Positions 48,738 to 59,156 of a stretch of 64,000 bases of DNA are shown here, piece by piece; position 1 is the stretch's first letter, and every line of letters begins with the position of its first letter. Both the position numbers and the translations under genes were made by a program. Location of the stretch: contig JAVHQC010000029.1 in NCBI GenBank assembly GCA_036170915.1, positions 325,437 to 389,436 on the forward strand, given 5' to 3'. Origin of the DNA: Cyanobacteria bacterium auto_48_18. GTDB taxonomy: Bacteria > Cyanobacteriota > Vampirovibrionia > Obscuribacterales > Obscuribacteraceae. The notes beneath the pieces are model-generated. The model was not told where the DNA came from and did no database searches. It was given only the letters and a program-made list of their open reading frames with translations.

Positions 48738-49553
48738 TTAAGCTTTATCCCCTAAGTCCCGACACTGCAACAGCTGTGCAGCAATACTCACGGCTATTTC
48801 TTCAGGCTCATTATTACCCAGGGGCAGACCCACCGGGCAAAGAAAAGCATCGTTGTACTCTGCCGGTAATCCGGCAGCAGCAATATCTTGATGCAACCTG
48901 ACAGCTTTAGCTTTGCTGCCGATCACACCCAGGTAAGGAAAAGGTTTGAGGCCGCTCTGATAGCCTCGCAAAATCTCCATGAGAATCGGAGAATCGCTGC
49001 TGTGACCCATGGTCAAAAGCAATACAAAAGCATCACGCGCTACCTTCTCAATGCCATCGCGATAATTGGCAACAAGAATTTTTCGCACGCGTCGACTGTC
49101 AGGCAGACGATCCAGCCACTCTTCTCTGGTATCGATGCAAGTAATCTTGCAATCCAATCGAGCAAGCAAATGAATTAATGCTGTTGCACAATGCCCAGCA
49201 CCGAATATGGTGACATGCCACTGAGCAAGATTGTGGGCTTCTAAATAAACCTTGACTGAGCCGCCGCAGGTCATGCCGATGTCTTTTTCCAGGTTCCAAT
49301 TGAAAAATCGATGCTTGTCCCCACTGCCATCCTCGAGCAGGTCAAACAAGAGCTTTTTTGATTCTTCTAGCGCCCGATTTTCGACTTTACCGCCGCCAAC
49401 AGTGCCAAAATTGCGCCCCTCTGCCGTGACAATCATGCGTGCGCCAGTCATTTGCGGCACACTGCCTATGGTATCAACGATGGTAGCGACAACAAACGAT
49501 TCTCCAGCAACAAGCAGTTCGTCTACGCGCTGGTAAAAAGCAATCAGGGTCAA
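48738..49553 (-). CDS. xdhC: Xanthine dehydrogenase accessory protein XdhC
   Basis: GSVP, GTVGGG, IGMTCGG, FGAGH, GVIGS, PEEIAVSIAAQL. Confidence 0.95.
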   Translation of the reverse strand: MTLIAFYQRVDELLVAGESFVVATIVDTIGSVPQMTGARMIVTAEGRNFGTVGGGKVENRALEESKKLLFDLLEDGSGDKHRFFNWNLEKDIGMTCGGSVKVYLEAHNLAQWHVTIFGAGHCATALIHLLARLDCKITCIDTREEWLDRLPDSRRVRKILVANYRDGIEKVARDAFVLLLTMGHSSDSPILMEILRGYQSGLKPFPYLGVIGSKAKAVRLHQDIAAAGLPAEYNDAFLCPVGLPLGNNEPEEIAVSIAAQLLQCRDLGDKA

Positions 49554-52048
49554 ATTGCAGCCTCAGCAGCCAGCTTTTGCTCATCTTCGACTGAATTTGC
49601 CGAACCATTGCCATTTCCACTAGCAGTGCCATTGGCACCTGATACCAGGTTTTTCTTCATACTGCGCCCAGCGGCGCGTGACTGAGCCCGTGGCAGCACA
49701 GAGCTGGTTTCAGCAGGCCAATGTTTAAAAGGTAGTCCGGCAGCTTTCAATTTATATTCGGTCAAGCGCGAAAGAATTTCTTCACCTGATGCAGGCGTAA
49801 CAAGTGTAGGTATCTCTTTGCCGCTGACGTAAGAAAGTGCATTTTTTACAGCGAAAAATACTGAGAAAGCTAACAGCAAAGGCGGCTCACCCACAGCTTT
49901 TGAGCCTTTAACATTGACGGTGCAATCGTTGTCTATGGTGTCTACATTGAAGACAGGTGGTGTGTCATAAATATTGGGAATTTTGTAGGTGGTGGGTGAG
50001 TATGAAAGCAGCGCTCCACTGGCCGCGTACCGCAAATCTTCAGTTGTCAGCCAACCCATGCCTTGAATAAAGGCGCCTGTTATCTGGCCGCGATTGAGTC
50101 CGGGATTTATAGATTTGCCGATATCCATCAAGATATCGACGCGCTCAACTTTAAGCTCGCCGGTAAAACGATCAATTAAAACTTCAGAACACGATGCCCC
50201 ATTAGTGAAATACAGAAATGGCGAGCCCTGGCCGACGCTCCAATCAAAACCAATAGCAGGAGTTATATAGTGACCGCGCTCTCCCAGGCTGACACGCTCA
50301 CGGTAGGCTAAATTGACCAGTTCGGCGAAAGTCAATTTGACCTGGGGCCGGCGCTCGTCAAAAACAAAGCCGTCGCGATAAACAATAGAATCGCTATAAG
50401 CACCAATGCCAACTTCACGACCAGCAAAATAATTTGCAGCCACCACATTCAACCGCTCTTTGATTTTCTTGCAAGCATTAACCGCCGCCGAACCGTTAAG
50501 GTCAGTGGCAGACGAAGCGGCTGTGGCTGAAGTGTTATTGTTTTTCTCAGTTGATGTGGTCATCAAAATTACGTGCTCATGAGCAATGGCAAACTCATCG
50601 GCCACAAGCATTTTGATATTAGTGTTTACGCCTTGACCCATTTCGGTGGCGCCGGTTGAAACTTGAATGGTGCCATCAAGATAGATATTGACCAGCGCAT
50701 TGGCTTGATTGAGAAATTTGTTGGTGAAAGAAATTCCAAATTTAAGACCGGTGAACGACAGCCCTTTCAAATGTGTTTTTGATTCGGCATTGAATTTTCT
50801 CACAGCCGCCAGACGTGCGGCGTAATCGCATGACTGACTGAGCTCGTCGAAGATGCGAGGCAGGGTGTTGTTTACCAGTAACTGACCGTAATGAGTGACA
50901 TTGCGATCGTTGACTCCATAGCAATTTTTGCGCCTGATTTCGTAGGCGTCTTTGCCTAGATAGGCTGCAATTTCTTCCATAATATTTTCAATGGTGATGG
51001 CGCCTTGAGGGCCACCGAAGCCACGAAAAGCAGTATTTGGCGGAAAATTAGTCTTGCAGATCTTGCCCACTGCCAATAGGTTGGGCAAATAATAAGAGTT
51101 ATCGATATGGGTGAGCGATCTGCCTAAAACCGCCGTGGACAAATCATTGTATGCGCCACCATCTGCGTACAGATTGGCTTCTAGTGCGGTTATCATTCCC
51201 TCTGAATCAAAGGCGACCTTATAATCATTTTGATATGGGTGACGCTTGCCGGTATATTTCATGTCATCGTCTTTTGTGTAGACAATGCGAGCAGGGCGTT
51301 TAGTTTTCAGTGCCACCAGCGAAGCCATCACGGCAGGGTGAGTAGCCTGACACTCTTTGCCGCCGAAGCCACCACCCATGCGCTTAATCAGACAGACAAC
51401 TTGATTAAGCTGCAAGCCGAGCAGATGTGCCACCACATGCTGCACTTCAGAAGGGTTCTGAGTTGAAGAATGCACGGTTAACTGATTGTATTCACCTGGG
51501 TGAACGAGACAAGCTTGCGATTCGAGGTAGAAGTGATCGGCTCCAGCAATGACAAAGCGGCCTTCGATAATATGGTCGGCACTAGCGAAAGCAGCGGCCA
51601 CATTGCCGCGCTCAATTTTGTAAGTCTTATCTAAATATTGACCAGCAGCAATGGCGTCATCGACGGTCAAAACTGGTTTCAGTTCTTCCATATCGAGTTT
51701 GATTGCTTGCTTGGCTGCCTTGATGGCCGCGCGCGATTCAGCGGCAATGACAACTATCGGTTGGCCAATAAATTCAGCCACATCTTCGACGAGCAATATT
51801 TCGTCTTGAGTAATTGGCCCAAAAACATTGTGGTGAAGGTCTTTGTAAGTATATAGAGCGACTACACCAGGCACTTTCAAAGCGTCGCTCAAATCAAGCG
51901 ATTTGACGCGACCGTGGGCAAAGGGCGATCCAAAATAATCAACCAGCAGTTCATTGCGTGACGGAGCGATGTCATCAATATAAACAGACTCGCCGCTGAC
52001 GTGGCCAGGGGCTGAATCGTGCGGAATATTCTTGCCTACTATCGACAC
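49550..52048 (-). CDS. xdhB: Xanthine dehydrogenase molybdopterin-binding subunit
   Basis: HFYLESQ, RMGGGFGGKE, TAFRGFGGPQG, TEMGQG, TSATAAS, SKAVGEPP. Confidence 0.96.
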   Translation of the reverse strand: MSIVGKNIPHDSAPGHVSGESVYIDDIAPSRNELLVDYFGSPFAHGRVKSLDLSDALKVPGVVALYTYKDLHHNVFGPITQDEILLVEDVAEFIGQPIVVIAAESRAAIKAAKQAIKLDMEELKPVLTVDDAIAAGQYLDKTYKIERGNVAAAFASADHIIEGRFVIAGADHFYLESQACLVHPGEYNQLTVHSSTQNPSEVQHVVAHLLGLQLNQVVCLIKRMGGGFGGKECQATHPAVMASLVALKTKRPARIVYTKDDDMKYTGKRHPYQNDYKVAFDSEGMITALEANLYADGGAYNDLSTAVLGRSLTHIDNSYYLPNLLAVGKICKTNFPPNTAFRGFGGPQGAITIENIMEEIAAYLGKDAYEIRRKNCYGVNDRNVTHYGQLLVNNTLPRIFDELSQSCDYAARLAAVRKFNAESKTHLKGLSFTGLKFGISFTNKFLNQANALVNIYLDGTIQVSTGATEMGQGVNTNIKMLVADEFAIAHEHVILMTTSTEKNNNTSATAASSATDLNGSAAVNACKKIKERLNVVAANYFAGREVGIGAYSDSIVYRDGFVFDERRPQVKLTFAELVNLAYRERVSLGERGHYITPAIGFDWSVGQGSPFLYFTNGASCSEVLIDRFTGELKVERVDILMDIGKSINPGLNRGQITGAFIQGMGWLTTEDLRYAASGALLSYSPTTYKIPNIYDTPPVFNVDTIDNDCTVNVKGSKAVGEPPLLLAFSVFFAVKNALSYVSGKEIPTLVTPASGEEILSRLTEYKLKAAGLPFKHWPAETSSVLPRAQSRAAGRSMKKNLVSGANGTASGNGNGSANSVEDEQKLAAEAAI

Positions 52049-53541
52049 GCTAATTCCCTCTCGCTCGAGGCCGTTTCATAATAAAACTTGGTCATGATGT
52101 TTTCAGCCAGGGTGAGGCGAAAATCGCGCGAGCCTCGAACATCGGTGATTGGTGCAATGGTCTCTTTAGCGATTTTACCAGCTGCCTCATAGGTAGCAAG
52201 CTCATGGACCTTGCCCGTAAGTGCTGCCTCTACTTCAGGGCAACGCATCACCACAGGCCCCACGCCGCCGAAAACGACAAAGGCTTTTTCTATGATATTG
52301 CCCTTGAGCGAAATTCGAATTGCCGCAGTGAAGGCCGAAATATCTAAATGCTGGCGGCGCGATATTTTATACAGCTTGACCAGTTCATCTGCCTTAGGCA
52401 GAGGAAGAAGAATGCGAGTGATAAGCTCATCTTTGTGCAAAGATAACTGCTTGTAGCCCTTATAAAACTCAGACATAGGAATTTTGCGGGTGCCACTACA
52501 GCCGGTGACTTCGACTTCTGCTTCCATTAAAAACAAAAATGGAGTGCTGTCAGCAATGGGGGAGCCATTGGCGATATTGCCGGCGAGAGTGCCTGCATGT
52601 CTAATTTGCGGTGACCCATAGACCCAGAGAATTTTATGAAATTCAGGCACCAGATCTTTCATCAGATGTTCAAGCTGTCGCAAAGTCACCTTGGCGCCCA
52701 CGCTTAAAATCTTGCGATCATTGCCTTCGATTACTTTCAACTCTGTTAAACCTGGCAAAGCAGCAGTGCTCATAACATTAGCCGGAGCCAGATCTCTTTT
52801 ATTCATGTTGACAGAAACATCTGTGCCACCAGACACGATGACAACTTTTTCTTGTTCGTTTAAAAATTTGCAGGCTGCCTGCACTGATGTCGGGTTATAT
52901 GCGGTGCGTCCGCCGGCTTTGAGCATCAACTCATTGTTAGCGTGGGCTTTAAAATTGGCCACCATTTCTTTGTCAGGATAGAGTTCGCTGAATGTTTTGA
53001 AGCGGCCAAGATCCACAGCCATTCCTGCATTGATTATTGCTTCATAGCCGGTGCAACGGCAAAGGTTACCTGTGAGCGAATCTTTCACCTGCTTTTCGCT
53101 GGGGTAGCAAGATTTGCCTGCACATTTTTCTTGATTTTGCTCTCCCTGCAAATCATTAGCAAGACCGCACATGGCCACCACAAAACCAGGCGTGCAATAA
53201 CCACACTGGGCGCCATTGCTGTCAACCATCGACTGTTGCACTGGGTTTAACTGGCCGTCTACCTTTAGACCTTCTACAGTTATTAGATGAGTGCAATCAA
53301 GCTGGTAGAGATATTGAATACACGAATTAATCGGCACATACTGCAACTCTTCGTGGTCGTCTGCTGCTGCCAGCCTTCCCACCATCACCGAACATGCACC
53401 ACAGTCGCCTTCGGCGCAAACCACTTTAGTGCCGCAGTGACCCAGGTCTAAGCGTAAATAGTCGCTGGCCGGTTGGAACGCTTGAGCGGCTGAAATGCGC
53501 TGCTCGTGCCCGTTGACATAAAGAAGAATGTAATCTCGCAT
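52039..53541 (-). CDS. xdhA: Xanthine dehydrogenase Fe-S/FAD subunit
   Basis: GTKVVCAEGDCGAC, QCGYCTPG, GNLCRCTGY, GGTD, QIRHAGTLAGNIANGSPIAD. Confidence 0.96.
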   Translation of the reverse strand: MRDYILLYVNGHEQRISAAQAFQPASDYLRLDLGHCGTKVVCAEGDCGACSVMVGRLAAADDHEELQYVPINSCIQYLYQLDCTHLITVEGLKVDGQLNPVQQSMVDSNGAQCGYCTPGFVVAMCGLANDLQGEQNQEKCAGKSCYPSEKQVKDSLTGNLCRCTGYEAIINAGMAVDLGRFKTFSELYPDKEMVANFKAHANNELMLKAGGRTAYNPTSVQAACKFLNEQEKVVIVSGGTDVSVNMNKRDLAPANVMSTAALPGLTELKVIEGNDRKILSVGAKVTLRQLEHLMKDLVPEFHKILWVYGSPQIRHAGTLAGNIANGSPIADSTPFLFLMEAEVEVTGCSGTRKIPMSEFYKGYKQLSLHKDELITRILLPLPKADELVKLYKISRRQHLDISAFTAAIRISLKGNIIEKAFVVFGGVGPVVMRCPEVEAALTGKVHELATYEAAGKIAKETIAPITDVRGSRDFRLTLAENIMTKFYYETASSERELACR

Positions 53542-53607
53542 GATCTTCTCAGTTCCAAATATCCAGTGGACATATGATAACGCAAGAGGCCCAAATATTG
53601 AATCTTT

Positions 53608-55116
53608 CTAGGCTTTGCCTTTGATGCGTAATGGGCCTTCCACCACACTCAGGCTTGAAGCCGATGCGATGCCACGCAGCATGCCATTGAAAATAAATTC
53701 GTGGAAAGGCGAAACAGCCCACCAGTAAAGCAAACCGAGCAAGCCATGAGGAACAAAGCGGGCACTCTGCTGCAAAATGGTAATGCCGTCGCCAGTGTTG
53801 GATATTTTAAATTGCAGCATGGCCTTGCCTGGTAGCTTCATTTCGGCAATTAGCAGCAGACTTTTCTCGACGTCAACGTCTACGACTCGCCACAGGTCTA
53901 AGGCATCGCCCACAAAAAGCTCAACGTCGCTGCGGCGGCCGCGCATTGAGCCCACTCCACCGAACACCCTGTCGATATAACCGCGAATTTTCCACAACCA
54001 GTTGCCGTAATACCAGCCGGTCTTGCCGCCCAATCGCACAAGCCTTGACCAGACTTCAGCAGGAGTATCTGTGACCTTTATTTGCCGGTTGTCTTCATAG
54101 TGAGTGCCGTCAGCCCAGTCAGGGTCACCGCTGTTAGCCCATTCAGCTGGCGGAATTTTACCAGCGTCAGTCCAGCGGCTTTCTACCACTTGTTTATTGA
54201 TGCGGTCTAAAGCTATGCGAATGGCGTGGCGGCAATCAATAAGCTCTTGAGGAATCAATTCAACAATGGCGTTTTCTTGACAAACCACCGGGTTGCGCAA
54301 GCCTTCAGCCAGGGGCATGGCAATGTATGACGGCACAGGTGTGACAAAGTGAATCCAATAGGAGCTAATTTTGGGTGTGAAAACCGGCACGGGAATGATC
54401 AAACGCCTCGACAGACCAGCCTCTTCAGCATAAGTTTGCATAAGGTCGCTGTAGGCGAGCACTTCTGGGCCGCCGATGTCGAAAGAGCGTCCTGTGGTAG
54501 CAGGGGTGCGCAAGCATTCAATCAAGTAGTGCAGTACGTTGCCAATAGCGATGGGTTGCGAAGGCGTGGTCACCCACTTGGGCGTAATCATCACGGGCAG
54601 ACGCTCCACCAGATAACGCAAAATCTCGAACGACGTACTGCCCGAACCTAAAATCATGCCCGCGCGCAACACCGTCACCGGCGTGGCGCCCGCTTGTAAA
54701 ATCGCCGCCACTTCAGCCCTGGACTTCAAATGTTTGCTCAGTTCAGGTGAATCTTCCCCCAGACCACCCAGATAGATTAACCGCGCCAGCCCGCTCTGCT
54801 CGGCGGCCTGCACCATGTTTTGCGCGGCTGTGCGATCGGCAGCGGCAAAGTCTTGGTTGTCACGGTTCATAGAGTGAATGAAATAGTAGGCGCCATAAGC
54901 GCCTTGCAGTGCGGCTCTGGTCGATTCGGGGTCGAAAATATCGAGCTTAACCAGCTCTACATCAGCATCGTTAGCCCAGGGTCGGCTCTTCAATTTAGCC
55001 ATGGAGCGCCCGCAGGCGCGTACCCGAAAACCGGCCAGTACCAGGCGCGGTACCAGGCGGGCCCCTACATAACCGGTGGCCCCTGTGACTACAATTATTT
55101 GTTTATCCACACTCAC
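53608..55116 (-). CDS. Atypical SDR (NAD(P)-binding) plus DUF2867 protein, YbjT-like
   Basis: VTGATGYVG, SKHLKSR, GDALDLWRV, AEMKLPG, GLLYWW. Confidence 0.9.
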   Translation of the reverse strand: MSVDKQIIVVTGATGYVGARLVPRLVLAGFRVRACGRSMAKLKSRPWANDADVELVKLDIFDPESTRAALQGAYGAYYFIHSMNRDNQDFAAADRTAAQNMVQAAEQSGLARLIYLGGLGEDSPELSKHLKSRAEVAAILQAGATPVTVLRAGMILGSGSTSFEILRYLVERLPVMITPKWVTTPSQPIAIGNVLHYLIECLRTPATTGRSFDIGGPEVLAYSDLMQTYAEEAGLSRRLIIPVPVFTPKISSYWIHFVTPVPSYIAMPLAEGLRNPVVCQENAIVELIPQELIDCRHAIRIALDRINKQVVESRWTDAGKIPPAEWANSGDPDWADGTHYEDNRQIKVTDTPAEVWSRLVRLGGKTGWYYGNWLWKIRGYIDRVFGGVGSMRGRRSDVELFVGDALDLWRVVDVDVEKSLLLIAEMKLPGKAMLQFKISNTGDGITILQQSARFVPHGLLGLLYWWAVSPFHEFIFNGMLRGIASASSLSVVEGPLRIKGKA

Positions 55117-55247
55117 CTCATTTGCAGTATAGAGAAGTGGCGGGCAAATGCTGCAAAAAAGTGGCCAGGAGGCAAAAAAGCCAACCTTAATCTTTCAGCA
55201 AGTCTATATTTATGGATCTTTGGTTTAAGCGCGTCGTCGGGAAAAAT

Positions 55248-55515
55248 ATGAAAATAGCCACCTTTAACGTCAATGGAATAAATGCAACAAGGGTGGAGTG
55301 ATTCAATTCGAGAACTTTATCCTGCCGAAAAGATCTTCACTTATTGGGATTATTTGAGGGATGCTTTTAATCGCAACGCAGGTATTCGCATGGATCACAT
55401 CTTGCTAAACCCAGCTGCGGCACCTCGTCTTAAAAGTGGTGGCATCGACCGCAATGTGCGCGGCTGGGAAAAGCCGAGTGACCATGCGCCGGTTTGGATT
55501 ACGCTGAAGAAATAA
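55248..55515 (+). pseudogene. xth: Exodeoxyribonuclease III remnant with a large internal deletion and frameshift
   Basis: MKIATFNVNGINA (N-terminus) is joined out of frame to GWSDSIR...FTYWDY...GIRMDHILL...PSDHAPVW (C-terminus). Confidence 0.88.
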
Positions 55516-55596
55516 ACGCGGTTTGATAATCAGTTTGTGGAATATCCATACTGAATGAAGACTAATGGGTAGCGGCCTCAGAAGGTGATTTAGAGC

Positions 55597-56151
55597 ATGA
55601 CGCAACAGAGCGGTTCGGAATATGATCAGTTCATAGCTCGATTAGAAAAACAACTTCAGTCTACGCACTGCGCGATTTGGCGCAATCCTCAGATTTCCGC
55701 TGAGCTGGAGCCTGCACTTTTGGCTACACGCATTGAATTCAACCTCATACGCATTCCGGTTCATTTGGTAGTCGATTATGTCGACCGACCTTCAAAAAGT
55801 GATTTGGTACAGTTGTTTGAAAAAGGGTTGAAGTTTGCCAAACTAGCTTATTCAGAAGGCGAAGGGATACCAGCCTGGCTTAGTTCTTTCGCAATGATCC
55901 CCTGTATTGCGTGCGAAGATCTTGATCCTGAGATCATTTCATATGTTAACCAGCAGCATTTTTTGCTTCACCAGGCAATTAATTTCTGGGAGCACGGGTA
56001 TATTTTCTTCCCTGTTCTCTATTCTCTAAAAACCGCTGAACTGCACTATTGGAAAGGTTATTCCTTCATTGGCGGTGGTGTTCATCCGCTAGCTCGAAAA
56101 TTTATTGAAAAAAACATTGTGCCCGTTGCCAATTCGTACTCGAATGTGTAG
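55597..56151 (+). CDS. Hypothetical protein
   Basis: AGGTGA RBS; 184 aa. Confidence 0.65.
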   Translation: MTQQSGSEYDQFIARLEKQLQSTHCAIWRNPQISAELEPALLATRIEFNLIRIPVHLVVDYVDRPSKSDLVQLFEKGLKFAKLAYSEGEGIPAWLSSFAMIPCIACEDLDPEIISYVNQQHFLLHQAINFWEHGYIFFPVLYSLKTAELHYWKGYSFIGGGVHPLARKFIEKNIVPVANSYSNV

Positions 56152-56225
56152 CCACAAGAGTGCATAATTTATTTATTCAACAAATCAGAAAGGTGTCACA
56201 TAAAGTGGAGAAGGTCTGCAATTAA

Positions 56226-56411
56226 TTACTCGCTTTCGCCATGGTCAGTACGGCCTACAGCAGAATCGTTTTGAAGCAATTCTGTCTCAATTTCCATCAT
56301 GCGCTGCTGCAATGAAAGTAAGCCGTCTTCAGAAATCTTTCTCAATTTTTGAAGTCTTTTCCGCTCAATTTTTAATTCTTCAATATGCTTTTCAAGTTCT
56401 TCATGATTCAT
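56226..56411 (-). CDS. Small coiled-coil protein
   Basis: MNHEELEKHIEELKIERKRLQKL...; start overlaps the upstream small ORF. Confidence 0.55.
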   Translation of the reverse strand: MNHEELEKHIEELKIERKRLQKLRKISEDGLLSLQQRMMEIETELLQNDSAVGRTDHGESE

Positions 56412-56580
56412 TAGGGCCTGCATTCAGCTGCGGCGGAGGTGCCTGAGAGCGCCTGTCTTCCTCAGCTTTGGTTAATTCTTCATCGACCAGGGCGAGCTGC
56501 TCATCAATGTCAGCCACGACCTTGCCGAGAACTTCTTGGTGCTTTTTTACTTCGCTCAACTTACTATTCAGATTATCCAT
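56401..56580 (-). CDS. 59-aa coiled-coil protein (not in ORF track)
   Basis: Manual translation MDNLNSKLSEVKKHQEVLGKVVADIDEQLALVDEELTKAEEDRRSQAPPPQLNAGPNES. Confidence 0.5.
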   Translation of the reverse strand: MDNLNSKLSEVKKHQEVLGKVVADIDEQLALVDEELTKAEEDRRSQAPPPQLNAGPNES

Positions 56581-56945
56581 CTGCTGTCACTCTTCTTTTG
56601 GAAGCCAATCTTTTGAGGCTAGCAGCGACGTTCCATCGCATGCCAAAGTTCCCTAAAATAAAATTGAGCAGGGTGCATTTGACACGCCGCCGCTACTAAG
56701 CAAATCATAGAAGTCAAATCAAACTAAATCCTAGATGGCGGTACAGCTTGGTACTGCCAGTGGTGTTCAGCGATTAGATGCTCCAGATTTAATATCGCCG
56801 CCATATTTCGGACATGACAGCCCCCTAATCTGGCAACAGATTCGATGGGGTATCGCACGCCGTCGCCAACCTTACTGAGAGGGCTTTAAGTTCAGGTAAG
56901 TATTACTGAGAGCGTCGTCACACGGGAAAGCGACGGTCGGCATAG

Positions 56946-57053
56946 ACAAATTCAGTTACCTCGCGACGAGAATGGTGCTGAAAATGAGTGCCTTGGACAC
57001 CAGGTACAAATTCAGTTACTTCCCGATGAGAGTAGTGCTGAAACCGAGCGCCT
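56946..57053. repeat. Two imperfect direct repeats with 60-bp period
   Basis: ACAAATTCAGTTAC...GTGCTGAAA..GAG.GCCT at 56946 and 57006; 40 of 48 positions identical. Confidence 0.85.
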
Positions 57054-57111
57054 CAAGCGCCACGGCGCAAGGTGGTTTGCTCATTGATACATTTCGCCAA
57101 GTCACAATAAA

Positions 57112-59073
57112 TTAGTTGAGCAAGTATTTCTTGACGAACTCTACCTTTGCATAGAACAGGTAATCTTGGTTTTTCTTCTTGTGAAAGCCGTGTCCTTCAT
57201 CTTTGGCCATCAGTGACCAGACCGGGGTTCCGGTTGCCTTGACTGCGCGAACTATTTGTTCTGATTCACTCGCAGGGACACGTGGATCATTCCTGCCTGC
57301 CACTACCATTAGTGGCTTAGTAATTTTGCTTGCATTGTTTACAGGGGCGATTCTCAACAGGAAGGCTCTAGTTAAGGGGTCGCGTTCATCGCCATACTCG
57401 GCTCGGCGAATTTCTCGTCCATAAGGAGCCGTGTTTTCAAGTTGAGTTACGAAGTTAGCTTGTCCGACTTCATCTATAGCGCATTTGATTTTGTCGCTGA
57501 AGAGCGTTGCGCAAGCCAAAGTCATGTGCCCACCGTAGCTTCCTCCAGTGATCATTATGCGCTCACCATCGAGATCGGGCTGTTGCTTGACCCAGTCTAG
57601 CAAACTCTCAATGTCCTTGTAAGCATCTTCTCTTTTGAGAACGTTGTCCAGTCCCATGAATTTCTTGCCGTAACCTGTTGAACCCCTTACATTTGGATAG
57701 ACTATTGCAACTCCAAGCTCGTTCAGGTAGTAGTTGTTGCGTCCCAAAAATTCAGGACGAGACTGTGCAACTGGTCCGCCATGGATATTGATCATCACTG
57801 GGCGCTTACCTGCGAATTTGACAGGAGGCATATAGACAAATCCGGAAAGCTGGCGATTGTCGAAAGCCTTCCAGTGGAACAGCCTTGCGTCGGAAAGGGT
57901 TGCGGTGTCAACATCACCCGTTTCACTTTGCGTCCATCTCTCAAGCTTTCCCGAGGATAGATTTACCGAGTATACGTCTGGTTGCGATCTTGCATTTTCA
58001 AAAGTAAAACCAAGATCTTGGTTGTTTTTGTGCCAGGATAGGCTACTTATAATTCCTTTTGGAAGCTCTGGTGCGGGTTTCTCCTTTCTGGACGCTGTAT
58101 CAAAAAGATGAAGCGTTGAAAGCCCATCTTCGTTGGCTACAGCCGCAATTGTCTTGCCGTCCCAAGAGAGTGCAAACTGTTCGATATCCCAGGGAATATT
58201 TGTACTAAGGTAAGTGTGCTTTCTAGTTTTGAGATCGATATAAGCAAGTCTTTGAAAATCCGAGTCTTTGTCGGTCGTTGTAAAAACTCCAAGGTTGTCT
58301 TTGCTGAACTTTCCGCCACCGTACACGATTTTACCCTTACCATCGTCTGGCGTGAGGAGCGTAAGGGCACCGGAGCTACTATCCATCAAATACAAGTTGC
58401 GTTGCTCAAGGGAAACAAATTGGCTAAGCAAAACGGTGCTGTCGTCAGGAGACCAATCAAAAGTATCCCATTCACCGCCCTTGCATTGCGCAGCCAGATG
58501 ATCGCTGCCTGGCGTTCTTGGGAAAACGATGTATGCATCATCGTCTTCACCGTTGCGACGCGTGGAGAGATAACAATAACGATCACCTTTGTTTGACCAC
58601 ATGCCACCATTGTTTCTGGATTTCCCATCGCTTAGCAAAGTTGATTTGTGATTTCTCAAGTCGAACAAATATTTCTGGGAATTCTCGTTGCCATCGCTGT
58701 CTTTCTCAAAAGTGAATAGTTCGCCGCTTGTTGGCTCGAAAGCAGCCAGATTTGGTGGATCTTTGAAGAATGTTAGCTGAGTGCGGGCACCACCAGGAAA
58801 CTTAACCAGATGGATCTGCGACGTATCGGAAAAACGTGTTGCTATTAGCATTTCTCTTTGCATTGGATGCCAGCTTTGGAGATCGGCATATCGAAAATAG
58901 TTATATGGCTCAATTTCCGCAACTAGAGATTTTGAAGGAGCAGGTATTCCGTCAACCAGAAAATTCTCAGGAAATGGCAAGATGGATTCTGAAGTTTCCG
59001 ACAAAGCAGGAGCATTGACAATCGTCAAAGTAGCTAACGCGAATATTAAAGGCAATGGACTACCTAGCTTCAT
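57112..59073 (-). CDS. Exported S9-family (prolyl oligopeptidase/acylaminoacyl) peptidase
   Basis: Signal peptide, beta-propeller, IHGGP, PNVRGSTGYG, GGSYGG, NDPRVP, DEGHGF. Confidence 0.95.
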   Translation of the reverse strand: MKLGSPLPLIFALATLTIVNAPALSETSESILPFPENFLVDGIPAPSKSLVAEIEPYNYFRYADLQSWHPMQREMLIATRFSDTSQIHLVKFPGGARTQLTFFKDPPNLAAFEPTSGELFTFEKDSDGNENSQKYLFDLRNHKSTLLSDGKSRNNGGMWSNKGDRYCYLSTRRNGEDDDAYIVFPRTPGSDHLAAQCKGGEWDTFDWSPDDSTVLLSQFVSLEQRNLYLMDSSSGALTLLTPDDGKGKIVYGGGKFSKDNLGVFTTTDKDSDFQRLAYIDLKTRKHTYLSTNIPWDIEQFALSWDGKTIAAVANEDGLSTLHLFDTASRKEKPAPELPKGIISSLSWHKNNQDLGFTFENARSQPDVYSVNLSSGKLERWTQSETGDVDTATLSDARLFHWKAFDNRQLSGFVYMPPVKFAGKRPVMINIHGGPVAQSRPEFLGRNNYYLNELGVAIVYPNVRGSTGYGKKFMGLDNVLKREDAYKDIESLLDWVKQQPDLDGERIMITGGSYGGHMTLACATLFSDKIKCAIDEVGQANFVTQLENTAPYGREIRRAEYGDERDPLTRAFLLRIAPVNNASKITKPLMVVAGRNDPRVPASESEQIVRAVKATGTPVWSLMAKDEGHGFHKKKNQDYLFYAKVEFVKKYLLN

Positions 59074-59156
59074 TGGATCAAATTACTCCATAATCAAAAG
59101 TAATAACATTTCACGCTTGGCCCAGCGACTCTAATTTACTTCGGCTGAACTATGAC

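Noticed and set aside
55282..55515. Intact 77-aa protein
   Set aside because: It is the C-terminal piece of a deleted xth; the ATG arises at the deletion junction.
56946..57053. CRISPR array or integron attC array
   Set aside because: Only two diverged copies, no unique spacer of suitable size, no clear RYYYAAC/GTTRRRY boxes and no cassettes between them.
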